A DNA stretch of 64,000 bases from an uncultured Planctomycetia bacterium (GCA_964572255.1 CAZNEE010000001.1:66223-130222); one strand, 5' to 3'; counted from the stretch's first letter, positions 43,368 through 52,985 are shown. Translations and numbers: made by a program. The notes: generated from the letters alone by a model not told the origin.

Positions 43368-43520
43368 CAACAGTTTTAGAGTATTCTTACCGGGGGAGTC
43401 CAATTTACTCCAGCGGTAAATTGGACTCCAAAAAAGTTGTTCTAATCCGTGCACTTCGTGCTTGGATACCAAGCTAGAACAACTTTTTGAGGTCCCGTAC
43501 AGAATACTCTAAAACTGTTG
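43368..43520. repeat. Nested inverted-repeat (cloverleaf-like) element filling the divergent intergenic region. An outer 23-bp stem (43368-43390 / 43497-43520, one bulge) encloses two perfect 14-bp hairpins: 43395-43408/43416-43429, and 43431-43444/43475-43488 with an internal cttgg-ata-ccaag mini-hairpin.
   Basis: The reverse complement of cagttttagagtattct (43371-43387) equals agaatactctaaaactg (43501-43517). The pairs ggagtccaatttac/gtaaattggactcc and aaaaagttgttcta/tagaacaacttttt were verified by hand. Confidence 0.6.
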
Positions 43521-43548
43521 AAAAATAATAATAATTTCGGAAAAACAC

Positions 43549-45282
43549 ATGGATAACAAAGAAATCGCCGACATATTTTCAAAAATAGCGGATATCCTGG
43601 AGATAAAGGATGAAAACGTCTTCAAGGTCCGCGCATACCGCACCGCCGCGCTTAATATCACCGGCCTTTCGCGCCAGCTCAAAGATCTCTACAAAGAGGA
43701 CCCCGAGTCCATCGGGAATATTCCCGGTATAGGTAAAGATCTTAAAGAAAAGATCATCGAGATGCTTGAAACAGGCAAGCTTAAGCAATTCGATAAGCTT
43801 ATGAAAGAATTCTCGCCGGGGTTTTTAGATCTGCTTAATCTGGAGGGGTTGGGGCCTAAAAAACTGAAGAAACTCAGAGATGAGCTGAAGATAAAAGATG
43901 TCGACGATCTGGTAAAAGCCTGCGAAAAGGGAAAACTGGAAAAGATGGAAGGCATGGGCGCGAAAACCCAGGAGAAACTGCTCGGCGCGATAAAGCATTT
44001 CAAGAAACGCGCGGGAAGGATGCTGCTTCCTGAAGCCGATGAATATGCGGACCAGATCATAGAGTATCTGAGTAAGTCTAAAAATTTCAAAAGATTGGAA
44101 AAAGCCGGCTCCTTGCGTAGAGGCAAAGAAACCGTGGGCGACCTGGATATACTTTCCGTTGCGAAAGACGCAGATAAAGCGATGGAGCACTTCACTTCTT
44201 TTCCGAGAACAGAGAACATTATCGCTAAGGGCAAAACAAAATCGAGTATAGCGATAAAGAACGGTCCTCAGGTAGACTTGCGCGTTATAGATGAATCATG
44301 TTTCGGCGCGGCTTTTATGTATTTTACCGGATCAAAACAGCATAACGTAAAACTCAGGACGATCGCTAAAAGCAGCGGCTATAAGGTGAGTGAGTACGGC
44401 ATTTTTTCGGTCAGCAGGTCGGGAAAAGAAAAGTTCATAGCCGGCAAGACCGAGAAAGACGTTTACGCTAAACTCGGCATGGAATGGGTGCCCCCGGAAC
44501 TCAGGGAAGACCAGGGAGAGATAGAAGCGGCTTTAAAGAAAAAACTTCCCAAAAACCTTATCGAGGAAAAAGACATAAAAGGGGATCTGCATATTCACAC
44601 GACCGAGAGTGACGGACGAGCTACCATAGAAGAGATCGCCAAGGCAGCTAAGAAAAAAGGGTATGAGTATATAGGAATAACGGAACACTCTAAACTTGTG
44701 CGTGTCGCGCACGGGCTTGATGAGAAGAGAATGATGAGGCATATCGAGCGGATACGCAAGGCCGATAAAAAGATAAAAGGCTTGAAAATATTGGCCGGCA
44801 TAGAGGTAGATGTCCTGACGGACGGAAAACTTGACCTAAAAGATTCGGTATTAAAAGAACTTGATATAGTAATAGCCGCCATACATTCAAAATTCTCGCT
44901 GGATAAGGAAAAACAGACAGAACGTCTGCTCAAGGCTATCGATAATAAATACGTCAATGCCGTTGCGCATCCTTCAGGAAGGCTTATTACAACGAGAAGC
45001 CCGCTTCAATTGGACTTTCCCCGTATTTTTAAAGCCGCGCGGGACGCTAAGGTATATCTTGAGGTCAATACTCACGGTGAAAGGATAGATCTTAATGATG
45101 TCAATTGCAGGGCCGCAAAAGATATCGGCGCTAAAATTATCATTAACAGCGACGCGCATGATACTGAGCAGCTTGATAAGCTTATCTACGGCATTATCAC
45201 TGCAAGAAGAGGATGGATAGAGAAAAAAGATGTTATAAACACATTGCCGCTCGATAAACTTATGAAGGCGCTGAAAAGGTAA
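43549..45282 (+). CDS. polX: DNA polymerase X family protein with C-terminal PHP (polymerase/histidinol phosphatase) domain, 577 aa.
   Basis: N-terminal ...KVRAYRTAALNI..., palm motif GSLRRGKETVGDLDIL, PHP motif GDLHIHTTESDG, and later HP...NTHGE. Confidence 0.9.
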   Translation: MDNKEIADIFSKIADILEIKDENVFKVRAYRTAALNITGLSRQLKDLYKEDPESIGNIPGIGKDLKEKIIEMLETGKLKQFDKLMKEFSPGFLDLLNLEGLGPKKLKKLRDELKIKDVDDLVKACEKGKLEKMEGMGAKTQEKLLGAIKHFKKRAGRMLLPEADEYADQIIEYLSKSKNFKRLEKAGSLRRGKETVGDLDILSVAKDADKAMEHFTSFPRTENIIAKGKTKSSIAIKNGPQVDLRVIDESCFGAAFMYFTGSKQHNVKLRTIAKSSGYKVSEYGIFSVSRSGKEKFIAGKTEKDVYAKLGMEWVPPELREDQGEIEAALKKKLPKNLIEEKDIKGDLHIHTTESDGRATIEEIAKAAKKKGYEYIGITEHSKLVRVAHGLDEKRMMRHIERIRKADKKIKGLKILAGIEVDVLTDGKLDLKDSVLKELDIVIAAIHSKFSLDKEKQTERLLKAIDNKYVNAVAHPSGRLITTRSPLQLDFPRIFKAARDAKVYLEVNTHGERIDLNDVNCRAAKDIGAKIIINSDAHDTEQLDKLIYGIITARRGWIEKKDVINTLPLDKLMKALKR

Positions 45283-45289
45283 GCGTAGA

Positions 45290-47275
45290 ATGTCGAAAGA
45301 TATCAAAAAAAGAATAGAAGAGCTCAGAAAAGAGATAATAAAACATAATAAGCTTTATTATGAAAAGGGCGCGCCTGTAATTTCAGATTCCGGGTATGAT
45401 AAACTCATGAAGGAACTGAAAGAGCTTGAAAACAGACATCCGGAATATATTACATCAGATTCCCCGACTTTGACGGTAGGCGCTCCGCCCGCGGAGAAAT
45501 TAAAAAAAGTCAAGCATACCTCACCCATGCTCAGCCTTGAAAGCGTGAACGAGGAGAGTGAAGCGGAACATTTTGACGAAACCTGCAGGAAAGATCTCGG
45601 CAAGAAGGATGTCGATTACATGTGCGAGCCAAAACTTGACGGGCTCAGCATAGAGCTGTTTTATGAGAACGGCGTTTTTACAAGGGGGTCAACGCGCGGT
45701 GACGGCATGGTGGGCGAGGAAGTCACGAATAATTTAAGGACCATCTCAAGCGTTCCGCGCAAACTTCAAGGGAAAGATCTTCCTAAACGCTTCGCCGTGC
45801 GCGGCGAGGTCATGATGCATATAAAGGATTTCCAGGCGCTTAATAAAGAACAGACAGAACAGGGAAAAGATACATTTGCGAATCCGCGCAATGCCGCAGC
45901 CGGCTCCATGAGACAACTCGATCCTTCCATAACCGCGCAGAGAACATTAAACGTTTATTGCTACAGGATACTCGATACATCAGATAAATTGCCGGACACT
46001 CAAGAGAAGTGTCTGGATCTGATCAAAAGTCTTGGATTTAAAATATCTCCTGGCGCGAAACATTGCAAAACCATGGATGATGTGATCAAGTATCATCACG
46101 ATCTTGAGAAGAAAAGGGATGAATTAAATTACGAAATAGACGGCGTGGTCGTAAAGGTCAACCGCCTGGATCATCAGGAAAAATTGGGCAGAAGAACAAC
46201 AAACCCTAAGTGGGCGGTTGCATACAAGTTTGAACCCCGCAAGGAGGTCACGAAAATAGAGGATATAGCCGTTCAGGTGGGGAGAACGGGACTCATAACT
46301 CCGGTCGCTCTTATGCATCCGGTTGAGGTCGGAGGCGTTACGGTATCAAGAGCGACTCTCCACAACATGGATGAAATTGAAAGGCTCGGCGTAAAGATAG
46401 GAGATTATGTTAAAGTGCAAAGAGCGGGGGATGTCATCCCAAAAGTTACGGAAGTCATAAAAGAGAAAAGGACAGGCAGGGAAAAAGCCTTTCACATGCC
46501 GGTTAAATGTCCGAGCTGCGGAACGAAACTGGAGAAAGAGGATGTTTTTTACCGCTGTCCGGCGGGTTTGGCTTGTCCTGCACAATTAAAAGAAGCTATA
46601 ACACATTATGCCAGTAAAGGCGCGGTGGATATAGAAGGTTTTTCGGATAAAACGGTGGAGCTATTTCATGATAAAGGTCTTATTAACAGTATTTCCGATA
46701 TATATACTTTGAAAAGAGAAGATATCCTGGGGCTTGAAGGATGGAAAGAGAGAAAGATAAATAATCTTTTGAGGGCCATAGAGAACGCGAAAGATGTTTC
46801 CCTGGACAGGTTTATCTTCGGCCTGGGGATAAAAAATGTAGGGAAACATATAGCGACGCTTTTAGCCGAAAAATACGGTTCACTGGAGAAGCTGGAGAAG
46901 ACAAAAGAAGAAGAATTGCTCCGGATAAATGAGATCGGCCCTGAGATAGCCGTAAGTATAACAGCTTTCTTCAGCGAAAAGAAGAATGTTGGAGAAATAG
47001 AGAAGCTTAAGAAATGCGGCGTAAAGATCCGTGAAAAAAAGATTAAAGGGAAGCTTGCCGGCAAGAAAATAGTCTTTACGGGGTCGCTCCAGACCATGTC
47101 GCGTTCAGAAGCTAAAAAACAGGTGGAAGCCGAAGGCGGGGAAGCATTATCAAGCGTTTCGGATAACGTGGATTTCGTTGTTGTAGGCGACAAACCAGGT
47201 TCAAAGCTCGATCAAGCCAAGAAAAAAGGCATAACTATTATTTCAGAAAAAGAATTTAAAAAAATCCTGGGATAA
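45290..47275 (+). CDS. ligA: NAD+-dependent DNA ligase, 661 aa.
   Basis: Adenylation motif CEPKLDGLSIEL (KxDG), Zn-finger CPSCGTKL...RCP..ACPAQ, HhH region, and C-terminal BRCT (KIVFTGSL...VVVGDKPGSKLDQAKKKGI). Confidence 0.95.
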   Translation: MSKDIKKRIEELRKEIIKHNKLYYEKGAPVISDSGYDKLMKELKELENRHPEYITSDSPTLTVGAPPAEKLKKVKHTSPMLSLESVNEESEAEHFDETCRKDLGKKDVDYMCEPKLDGLSIELFYENGVFTRGSTRGDGMVGEEVTNNLRTISSVPRKLQGKDLPKRFAVRGEVMMHIKDFQALNKEQTEQGKDTFANPRNAAAGSMRQLDPSITAQRTLNVYCYRILDTSDKLPDTQEKCLDLIKSLGFKISPGAKHCKTMDDVIKYHHDLEKKRDELNYEIDGVVVKVNRLDHQEKLGRRTTNPKWAVAYKFEPRKEVTKIEDIAVQVGRTGLITPVALMHPVEVGGVTVSRATLHNMDEIERLGVKIGDYVKVQRAGDVIPKVTEVIKEKRTGREKAFHMPVKCPSCGTKLEKEDVFYRCPAGLACPAQLKEAITHYASKGAVDIEGFSDKTVELFHDKGLINSISDIYTLKREDILGLEGWKERKINNLLRAIENAKDVSLDRFIFGLGIKNVGKHIATLLAEKYGSLEKLEKTKEEELLRINEIGPEIAVSITAFFSEKKNVGEIEKLKKCGVKIREKKIKGKLAGKKIVFTGSLQTMSRSEAKKQVEAEGGEALSSVSDNVDFVVVGDKPGSKLDQAKKKGITIISEKEFKKILG

Positions 47276-47296
47276 TTTGACTGCCTTTTCATTTCA

Positions 47297-47326
47297 TTGA
47301 CGCATCTCGCGAATATTTGGTAAAAT
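47297..47326 (+). promoter_or_regulatory. Sigma70-like promoter: TTGACG, 18-nt spacer, TAAAAT. Downstream there is a ggaaaacattttcc palindrome at about 47388-47401 and the RBS AAGGAGGTG.
   Basis: Hexamers read in the 152-nt gap before the 47428 ORF. Confidence 0.45.
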
Positions 47327-47427
47327 AATAGTTAATACACTTTTAAATTATCTCCACGATGTAAAATATCTTTAGGGTAGTACATAACAGGAAAACATTT
47401 TCCTTCCAAAAATAAGGAGGTGGCAGG

Positions 47428-50400
47428 ATGTCTACATCAAAAAAGCCTCTCTACAAGTTCATTTCAGTTCTGGTTACGATCACTTTTTTTATAAGTAATA
47501 TAAGTTGGGCAGTTCCGCCGGAGGGCGGAAGTTACACGCCTTTTGACGATAATCAGCAGCAAAGCGATTATCTCTCATCCGAACAGCTTCAGGAATACGC
47601 CGATGTAAAAACTTCCTTAATAGAGAAACACAATAGTGAAGCGCCTCAACCGCTATCCAACGAAGAAGAGGTAATACAATATCTTTACAGTCTGCTTGCG
47701 GCGGATGTGACGGCGAATCTCTCTCAGCTTGAGAATAATTATGATGCAAGTGTTTCCGGCAGACAATCCGTGCAGGCCGAGTATATAGAACTCCAGAACC
47801 TGCTTACAAGTTATTATCAGGAGGAGCAGAACGCAAGAGCCAATATCCAGAATGTAGACAATCAGATCGCGATCTACAACAGCAGAATAAGCGCTATCGA
47901 AGAGGAAAAAGAAAGGGTGCAGGGACTTATCAGCGACATTGACTCAGAGATCGGGACGAAAGAAGCCAGCATGCCGTCTTTGATCGATACCGTTGGAATA
48001 CTCCAGAGCGATCTTACGGATCTTCTTGTTTCTCTCAACGGGAAAGAAACAGAACTGGGAACGGCACAAAATCTTCTTGTTGCCGCTCAAAGTGAATATG
48101 ATGACGCGTTAGCGGTGGTGCATGCGGAGCTTGGCGACAATTTTGATGTTCATTCTCCTGACGTTGAAAAAGTTTATGATGGCGAAGGAAATCTTACAGA
48201 AGTCATTCTTCCCGCGGAGTACCAGATATTGCCGGATATTGACCAGATCGAATTACATGTCCTGGACGCTCTATTAAGATACGACGATCTTGAGGCGGCG
48301 CAGAATGTAGTTGATCAAAAAGAGGCTGAACGGGACCAGGCGAGTACCCTTTATTATGATAAACAGTCAGAACTTCTCTCAACGTGCGAAAGAGCAAAGT
48401 TGATAGAGTTTGATATTTCAGTTCTAAATGAGATAAAAGATACGAGAACGGCCCAGTATGATGACTTGGTGAGTGCATCTGTTGGAATAAATAATAGCAT
48501 TACGGGCCTTCAAGATCTGAGAAATGATCTTGAAGCCCAGCTTCTTTTAAGTCAGGAACAAATAGAGACAGAAGTTCCCGGGATCATCGACGCGATAAAC
48601 GAAACAGGAGAGATCCTGCAATCGGCGATCGGAAGAGAAGAGGAAGCGAAGTCGCTTTACGAGGAAGCTTTGGAAGCTATTAAAAGCAGCGTGGATGAAC
48701 TAATAGTTTCCGATGAAGAAGTGCGGTCAGGGATACTTTCAGCTTTGATCGGTCGCGAAGAGGGCGAAACAGAACAAGAGTATCTTCAAAGAATAGAGAA
48801 CATGACGGATCAGGAAATTGATGAGTACATGTTCTACGCGCAGGATCGGCTGGTTCTTATCAACGGGAAAATAGTCGATTCGGAAGAAGTAAACAGAGTC
48901 ATCATCAGGGATATTTTAAGGGAGAATTTCAAGAAAATATTCGGGAAAGAGCCGGGCGATAATTTATTGAATGTAATGCGTGATATCATTTTCAGGGTCA
49001 AGATCCCCGCGATAAGAGTGTTTGAGGTTATCAGCAGGATCGAGAACAGTAAAATCGAAGCCACTGAAAAAGATGAAAAACTTGAGGATGAAAAGGATGA
49101 AAAAGATGCGGCCCGAAGCGAAATTGATCAACTGCTGGAAGCCGCGATCATAGAAGATATGATCAGCGATATTCTCGGAGAAGAGAATGAGGATCTCCTT
49201 AACAGGATAGTGGATAGATTGACCGCGCAGGGATTAGGTCCAACATTATTAAATGACACCATAGGTTATTTAAGTTCGATCCCGACGGGTCTTGTTTCCT
49301 GCGGGGCTATTGCGCTTTCCGGGTTATTTAACAGTATCGGAATGGATCTTTCTGTCGCAGGAATAACAGAGGAAGCCGTTCTTACCGATGTCATTGAGGG
49401 ATCCATGAAAGCAGGCGAAAGCGGGCTTAATCTTTCTCTCTTTGCGCTCAAGGAAACCGCCGCAGATCATGGATTAGAGCTTTACGGCCAAAAAATTGAT
49501 CCCGAAAATATTGTAAATATAGAGGGGCCTTTTGTAGCCCATGTTAACGATAATCATTATGTTCTTGTGAAAAATATTGAAGAGGATAGGGTTGCATTTT
49601 TTGATCCGGATCCTTACAGGGATAACACTTCAAGTTTACAGGAATTCAGCGAAAGTTTTACAGGCTATGCTCTAACCCTCGCCGATACAGAGGGGGCAAC
49701 ATCGCTTGAGGATAGCCAGATGAAAGAAGTTCTCGGTGCCGGATGGTTCTCAAGAGCGGTAAGTAAGGTAAAAAGCGCGGTGAAGAGCGCTGTCAAGAAA
49801 GTTTCGAGCGCGGCAAAAAGCGTAGCCAAAAAGGTATCAAGCGCAGCAAAGAGCGTCGCCAGCAAGGTATCAAGTGCTGCGAAAAGCGTGGCAAGCAAAG
49901 CGAAAAGCGCGGTAAAGAGCGTTGCCAGCAAAGTTTCAAGCGCCGCAAAGAGCGTTTCTAATAAAGCAAAGAGCACTTACAATAAAGCCAAGAGCAAAGT
50001 TTCAGAAACATATAACGCCGCAAAAGATAAAGTTACAGAAAAATGTAGTGAAGTAAAAGCAGAAGTTACAAATTGGATAAGCGAAACGAAAGAAGAGGTT
50101 TCTAATTGGATAAGCGAGAAGAAGGGGACTGTTAATTCTATGATAGAAAGCGGCAAAGAAAAAGTATCAGCCATGTGGACTACCGTGAAGGAAAAATATG
50201 CTAAGGCGAAAGAAACTTACGAAAATTACAAAAAGGAACAAGCTGAAAAGGCCAAAGAGAAGTCCAATCAGGAAGGCGAAAAATCCTTTATTAATTCTCT
50301 TGTGGATTTCTTAACGATCATCCCCAGGGTTAGCGCAACCGCAGATATTGAAACTACTGTAGCCGAAGATCCCTCTCTTTCAGGTGATAATGTATTTGGA

Positions 50401-52926
50401 GTCCAGACCTACGGGGTTCAAGATCCCCAAGTTTGCTCTATTGATAATCCTGAATACATGGCTTACCTGGAGGCATTTAATAACAGCCTGGAAAGCAGCA
50501 ATCTAAGTTCGAATAATGTTAAAACGGTTGTAATTATAAATGAGGATAATACAGCTACGATATACACAATTCAGTTACCGCCTGAAGCGGTTCAGAATAA
50601 TTCAGAACGTGAAGTTGCGTATACTGCTCAAGGTAATGCCGATTCTATTGAAAAAGATCAAGTAACAATTTTAGACCTGAGAGATCAAACTGTTTCTGTA
50701 GTTTCTTTTGAAACTCAAAAAGATTCATCATTTTCACCGTTTATTCCCGTTGAAGGAACCTCTAAAGGGCTCTCAATGGCTCAACTTAATCTTCCAAGCT
50801 ATATTACAGAACAGGATCTTCTTAACGCGCTTCCTGAGTCTATCGATCAGGTCCATCTTCCCGGAGGACAAATACCCACGGAAGGAGTGACTATCGATAT
50901 AGGCGGCGGGATCATCAGCAGGAACAAAGATGCCATAAATGTAGATGCCCGTGCGATAGCCAGCGGGGATAATGCGTTTATCAGAACTACGGGAGCGACC
51001 GGTTCACATCTTGAGATACCTGAAGTTCTGGAATACTTAAATAGCAGGGGAGTCAAGGCTGATAAAATATTTCTTGAAAATGTGCCTTGGGATGATGTTC
51101 AAACTCCCCGTATCTTGGATGCGAGCGGAGAACTTTTGAAATCGGGCAGCGGGACCATGCAAATTGTTCTTCCTCCGACTGTAGATGCTGATAGGTTTGT
51201 TGCTCAGTTCGCTGATTCAATAGACGGAACTTTTTCAGGGCCTGTAATAGGCGATCTTGTTCCGGTAAAAACAGACCTTCCCTCGGGAGTAAAAGTCAGT
51301 TATCCGGATGCTAAAATTTACACGGTAACGAAGACACAAAGCAACTTCCTGCTCGATGCGATCGATGATTTTAGGGGCATGTCCCGCTTGGGGAAAGGGC
51401 TAGTCATTGCTGATATTGCGATTTCAACCTATGATATTGGAAGCGGTATACATAAAGATGCGACAGAAGGGTTTGATTGTCATTCGACCGAAGCGGTCGG
51501 TCGTGTAGCCGCCGGCTCATATGGCGCCTTTAAGTGCGCTGCTTTGGCCAGTCCATTAAGCCCATTGGCTTCGTTCATAGCAGGCGCTGCCTGCGGTATA
51601 GTTGGCGGCTGGCTAGGAGGTGAAATTGGAAGGAGCCCCTGCGATACTCCTGAAATTTATATTCCAAATCAAGGGACCATGATAATCAACGATCCTATGG
51701 ACCTGTCGTCATATTTCAGTGCAAATCAGATAAAAAACAACCATCTGGACATACCGCTGGATCCTGATGTTATAGGGGAAAGAAAATCTATACCCGGTGA
51801 AACTGTTACTTATACAGACATGGGTCCGGATTTTCTGCCGGGTTTTACTTCTTATACGTATTCCACATGGTCAGGTGCCGAAGGCAGCAAAGAACCGCAA
51901 GTAACCGCGGCCGATGTTCTTAAAGCTATAGATGCAGCTAATAACAGTTCTGGCAGCACAGCTATTCCCGAAACGATATTTTATCAGCCTCCCCAGATAC
52001 CGTTCCCATCAGTTTCAAATATTTCACTAAACGATAATATATCAGAAGTAACTTCGGAAAATGCGACAGTTGATATCGGCGCTGATTCTGATGGGGTAAA
52101 ATCTTCAAAAGTTGTAAATTTTATGAAAAAAATGGCGGTCACCACATTAGGGCCGGTTTATACTGCCGCCAAAATCGTTCAAAGTGTTTGTAATTGGGCG
52201 ACAGGGTATCCGGAGAGATACTCAAAAAGGTATCTGGAATCGCGTGAATTAGGCTCATCAGAAGGCATAGCTAATCTTGAAGCTTTTGCGTATGCAGCAG
52301 GCGGCCATATAATCGAAGAGGCATCACGAAATGCACAGGAAAGGTATAAGACAAGAAGGGACGTGCAAATTGATGCCGGTCGTCCGCCGCTCGGTGCTAA
52401 AATTTTTGCCGGCTTTCAAACTGTAGGTGATTTTACAGGATGGACAAAAGCTGCCAGCGCGATAAACGGGAGAGATTCAGTCACTTATCAGCCGATAAGC
52501 AGTGAGGAAAGAATACAGCTTGGCATTGAAGGGGCTGTGGAATCCGCTTTTTCCGTTTTTGCTTTGGCAAAAGCGGGGCAAGTCGCAAAAGGGGCATGGC
52601 AGAACAAGGGAAATCTTTTTAAGATGGGCAAGAAGGGTCAGTTTTATGGAGGAAAACCCAAAGCATCTCCGAAAGTGACCCGGAAAGTTGATGTTAATAT
52701 TGGCGGAAAAAAGACTAAAGCGATCATTGTTTCAAAAGATGTAAATCATCCCTTTCAGCCCCACGTGCATTTTACGAATAAGGGACAAAGTGTTAAGATC
52801 AATTTTAAGAGCATGCCGGAACTTAAGGTAAAACTGAAAGATGCCGGATTTGGCAAATTGCTTAAGGACGGGAATTTTCTTTCACAGGCTGAAGAAGTTC
52901 TTCTTAAGGCCGGATATATTTCCTAA
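47428..52926 (+). CDS. Large (1,832 aa) secreted or membrane-anchored protein: N-terminal signal/TM, long coiled-coil region, putative C39-like papain-fold peptidase domain, Lys/Ser/Ala-rich 11-aa tandem repeats, and a C-terminal ~880-aa domain of unknown function.
   Basis: KKPLYKFISVLVTITFFISNISWAVPPEG (signal/TM); heptad-like Q/E/L-rich stretches from 47700 to 48650; VSCGAIALSGLF and GPFVAHVNDNHYVLVKNIEEDRVAFFDPD (C39-like Cys and His/Asp elements); (KKVSSAAKSVA)n. Confidence 0.85.
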   Translation: MSTSKKPLYKFISVLVTITFFISNISWAVPPEGGSYTPFDDNQQQSDYLSSEQLQEYADVKTSLIEKHNSEAPQPLSNEEEVIQYLYSLLAADVTANLSQLENNYDASVSGRQSVQAEYIELQNLLTSYYQEEQNARANIQNVDNQIAIYNSRISAIEEEKERVQGLISDIDSEIGTKEASMPSLIDTVGILQSDLTDLLVSLNGKETELGTAQNLLVAAQSEYDDALAVVHAELGDNFDVHSPDVEKVYDGEGNLTEVILPAEYQILPDIDQIELHVLDALLRYDDLEAAQNVVDQKEAERDQASTLYYDKQSELLSTCERAKLIEFDISVLNEIKDTRTAQYDDLVSASVGINNSITGLQDLRNDLEAQLLLSQEQIETEVPGIIDAINETGEILQSAIGREEEAKSLYEEALEAIKSSVDELIVSDEEVRSGILSALIGREEGETEQEYLQRIENMTDQEIDEYMFYAQDRLVLINGKIVDSEEVNRVIIRDILRENFKKIFGKEPGDNLLNVMRDIIFRVKIPAIRVFEVISRIENSKIEATEKDEKLEDEKDEKDAARSEIDQLLEAAIIEDMISDILGEENEDLLNRIVDRLTAQGLGPTLLNDTIGYLSSIPTGLVSCGAIALSGLFNSIGMDLSVAGITEEAVLTDVIEGSMKAGESGLNLSLFALKETAADHGLELYGQKIDPENIVNIEGPFVAHVNDNHYVLVKNIEEDRVAFFDPDPYRDNTSSLQEFSESFTGYALTLADTEGATSLEDSQMKEVLGAGWFSRAVSKVKSAVKSAVKKVSSAAKSVAKKVSSAAKSVASKVSSAAKSVASKAKSAVKSVASKVSSAAKSVSNKAKSTYNKAKSKVSETYNAAKDKVTEKCSEVKAEVTNWISETKEEVSNWISEKKGTVNSMIESGKEKVSAMWTTVKEKYAKAKETYENYKKEQAEKAKEKSNQEGEKSFINSLVDFLTIIPRVSATADIETTVAEDPSLSGDNVFGVQTYGVQDPQVCSIDNPEYMAYLEAFNNSLESSNLSSNNVKTVVIINEDNTATIYTIQLPPEAVQNNSEREVAYTAQGNADSIEKDQVTILDLRDQTVSVVSFETQKDSSFSPFIPVEGTSKGLSMAQLNLPSYITEQDLLNALPESIDQVHLPGGQIPTEGVTIDIGGGIISRNKDAINVDARAIASGDNAFIRTTGATGSHLEIPEVLEYLNSRGVKADKIFLENVPWDDVQTPRILDASGELLKSGSGTMQIVLPPTVDADRFVAQFADSIDGTFSGPVIGDLVPVKTDLPSGVKVSYPDAKIYTVTKTQSNFLLDAIDDFRGMSRLGKGLVIADIAISTYDIGSGIHKDATEGFDCHSTEAVGRVAAGSYGAFKCAALASPLSPLASFIAGAACGIVGGWLGGEIGRSPCDTPEIYIPNQGTMIINDPMDLSSYFSANQIKNNHLDIPLDPDVIGERKSIPGETVTYTDMGPDFLPGFTSYTYSTWSGAEGSKEPQVTAADVLKAIDAANNSSGSTAIPETIFYQPPQIPFPSVSNISLNDNISEVTSENATVDIGADSDGVKSSKVVNFMKKMAVTTLGPVYTAAKIVQSVCNWATGYPERYSKRYLESRELGSSEGIANLEAFAYAAGGHIIEEASRNAQERYKTRRDVQIDAGRPPLGAKIFAGFQTVGDFTGWTKAASAINGRDSVTYQPISSEERIQLGIEGAVESAFSVFALAKAGQVAKGAWQNKGNLFKMGKKGQFYGGKPKASPKVTRKVDVNIGGKKTKAIIVSKDVNHPFQPHVHFTNKGQSVKINFKSMPELKVKLKDAGFGKLLKDGNFLSQAEEVLLKAGYIS
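49250..49640 (+). other. Putative peptidase C39-like (bacteriocin-processing, papain-fold) domain.
   Basis: The Cys in a CG.A context at about 49301 and the HYVLV...DPD strand at about 49552-49610 fit the C39 pattern CGxA...HyVVl..i..d.v.i.DP. Confidence 0.45.
49765..49965 (+). repeat. Tandem 33-nt (11-aa) repeats, about 5-6 units, encoding K-(K/S)-V-S-S-A-A-K-S-V-A.
   Basis: Units start at about 49798, 49831, 49864, 49897 and 49930. The spurious minus-strand ORF 49665-49976 (LFALLETLFAALETLL...) is the mirror image of this repeat. Confidence 0.7.
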
Positions 52927-52947
52927 ATGAGAGGAATGCCATTCCAT

Positions 52948-52985
52948 AAGGGGGCAGATAATATTATCTGCCCCCTTATTATACC
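52948..52985 (+). terminator. Rho-independent terminator candidate downstream of the 1,832-aa gene.
   Basis: Perfect hairpin aagggggcagataat / attatctgccccctt (52948-52978) followed by an A/T-rich tail (attatacctt). Confidence 0.55.

Noticed and set aside
43689-44234. 181-aa minus-strand ORF inside polX and 175-aa minus-strand ORF inside ligA (46666-47193).
   Set aside because: Antisense to well-supported housekeeping genes, with low-complexity translations. Spurious.
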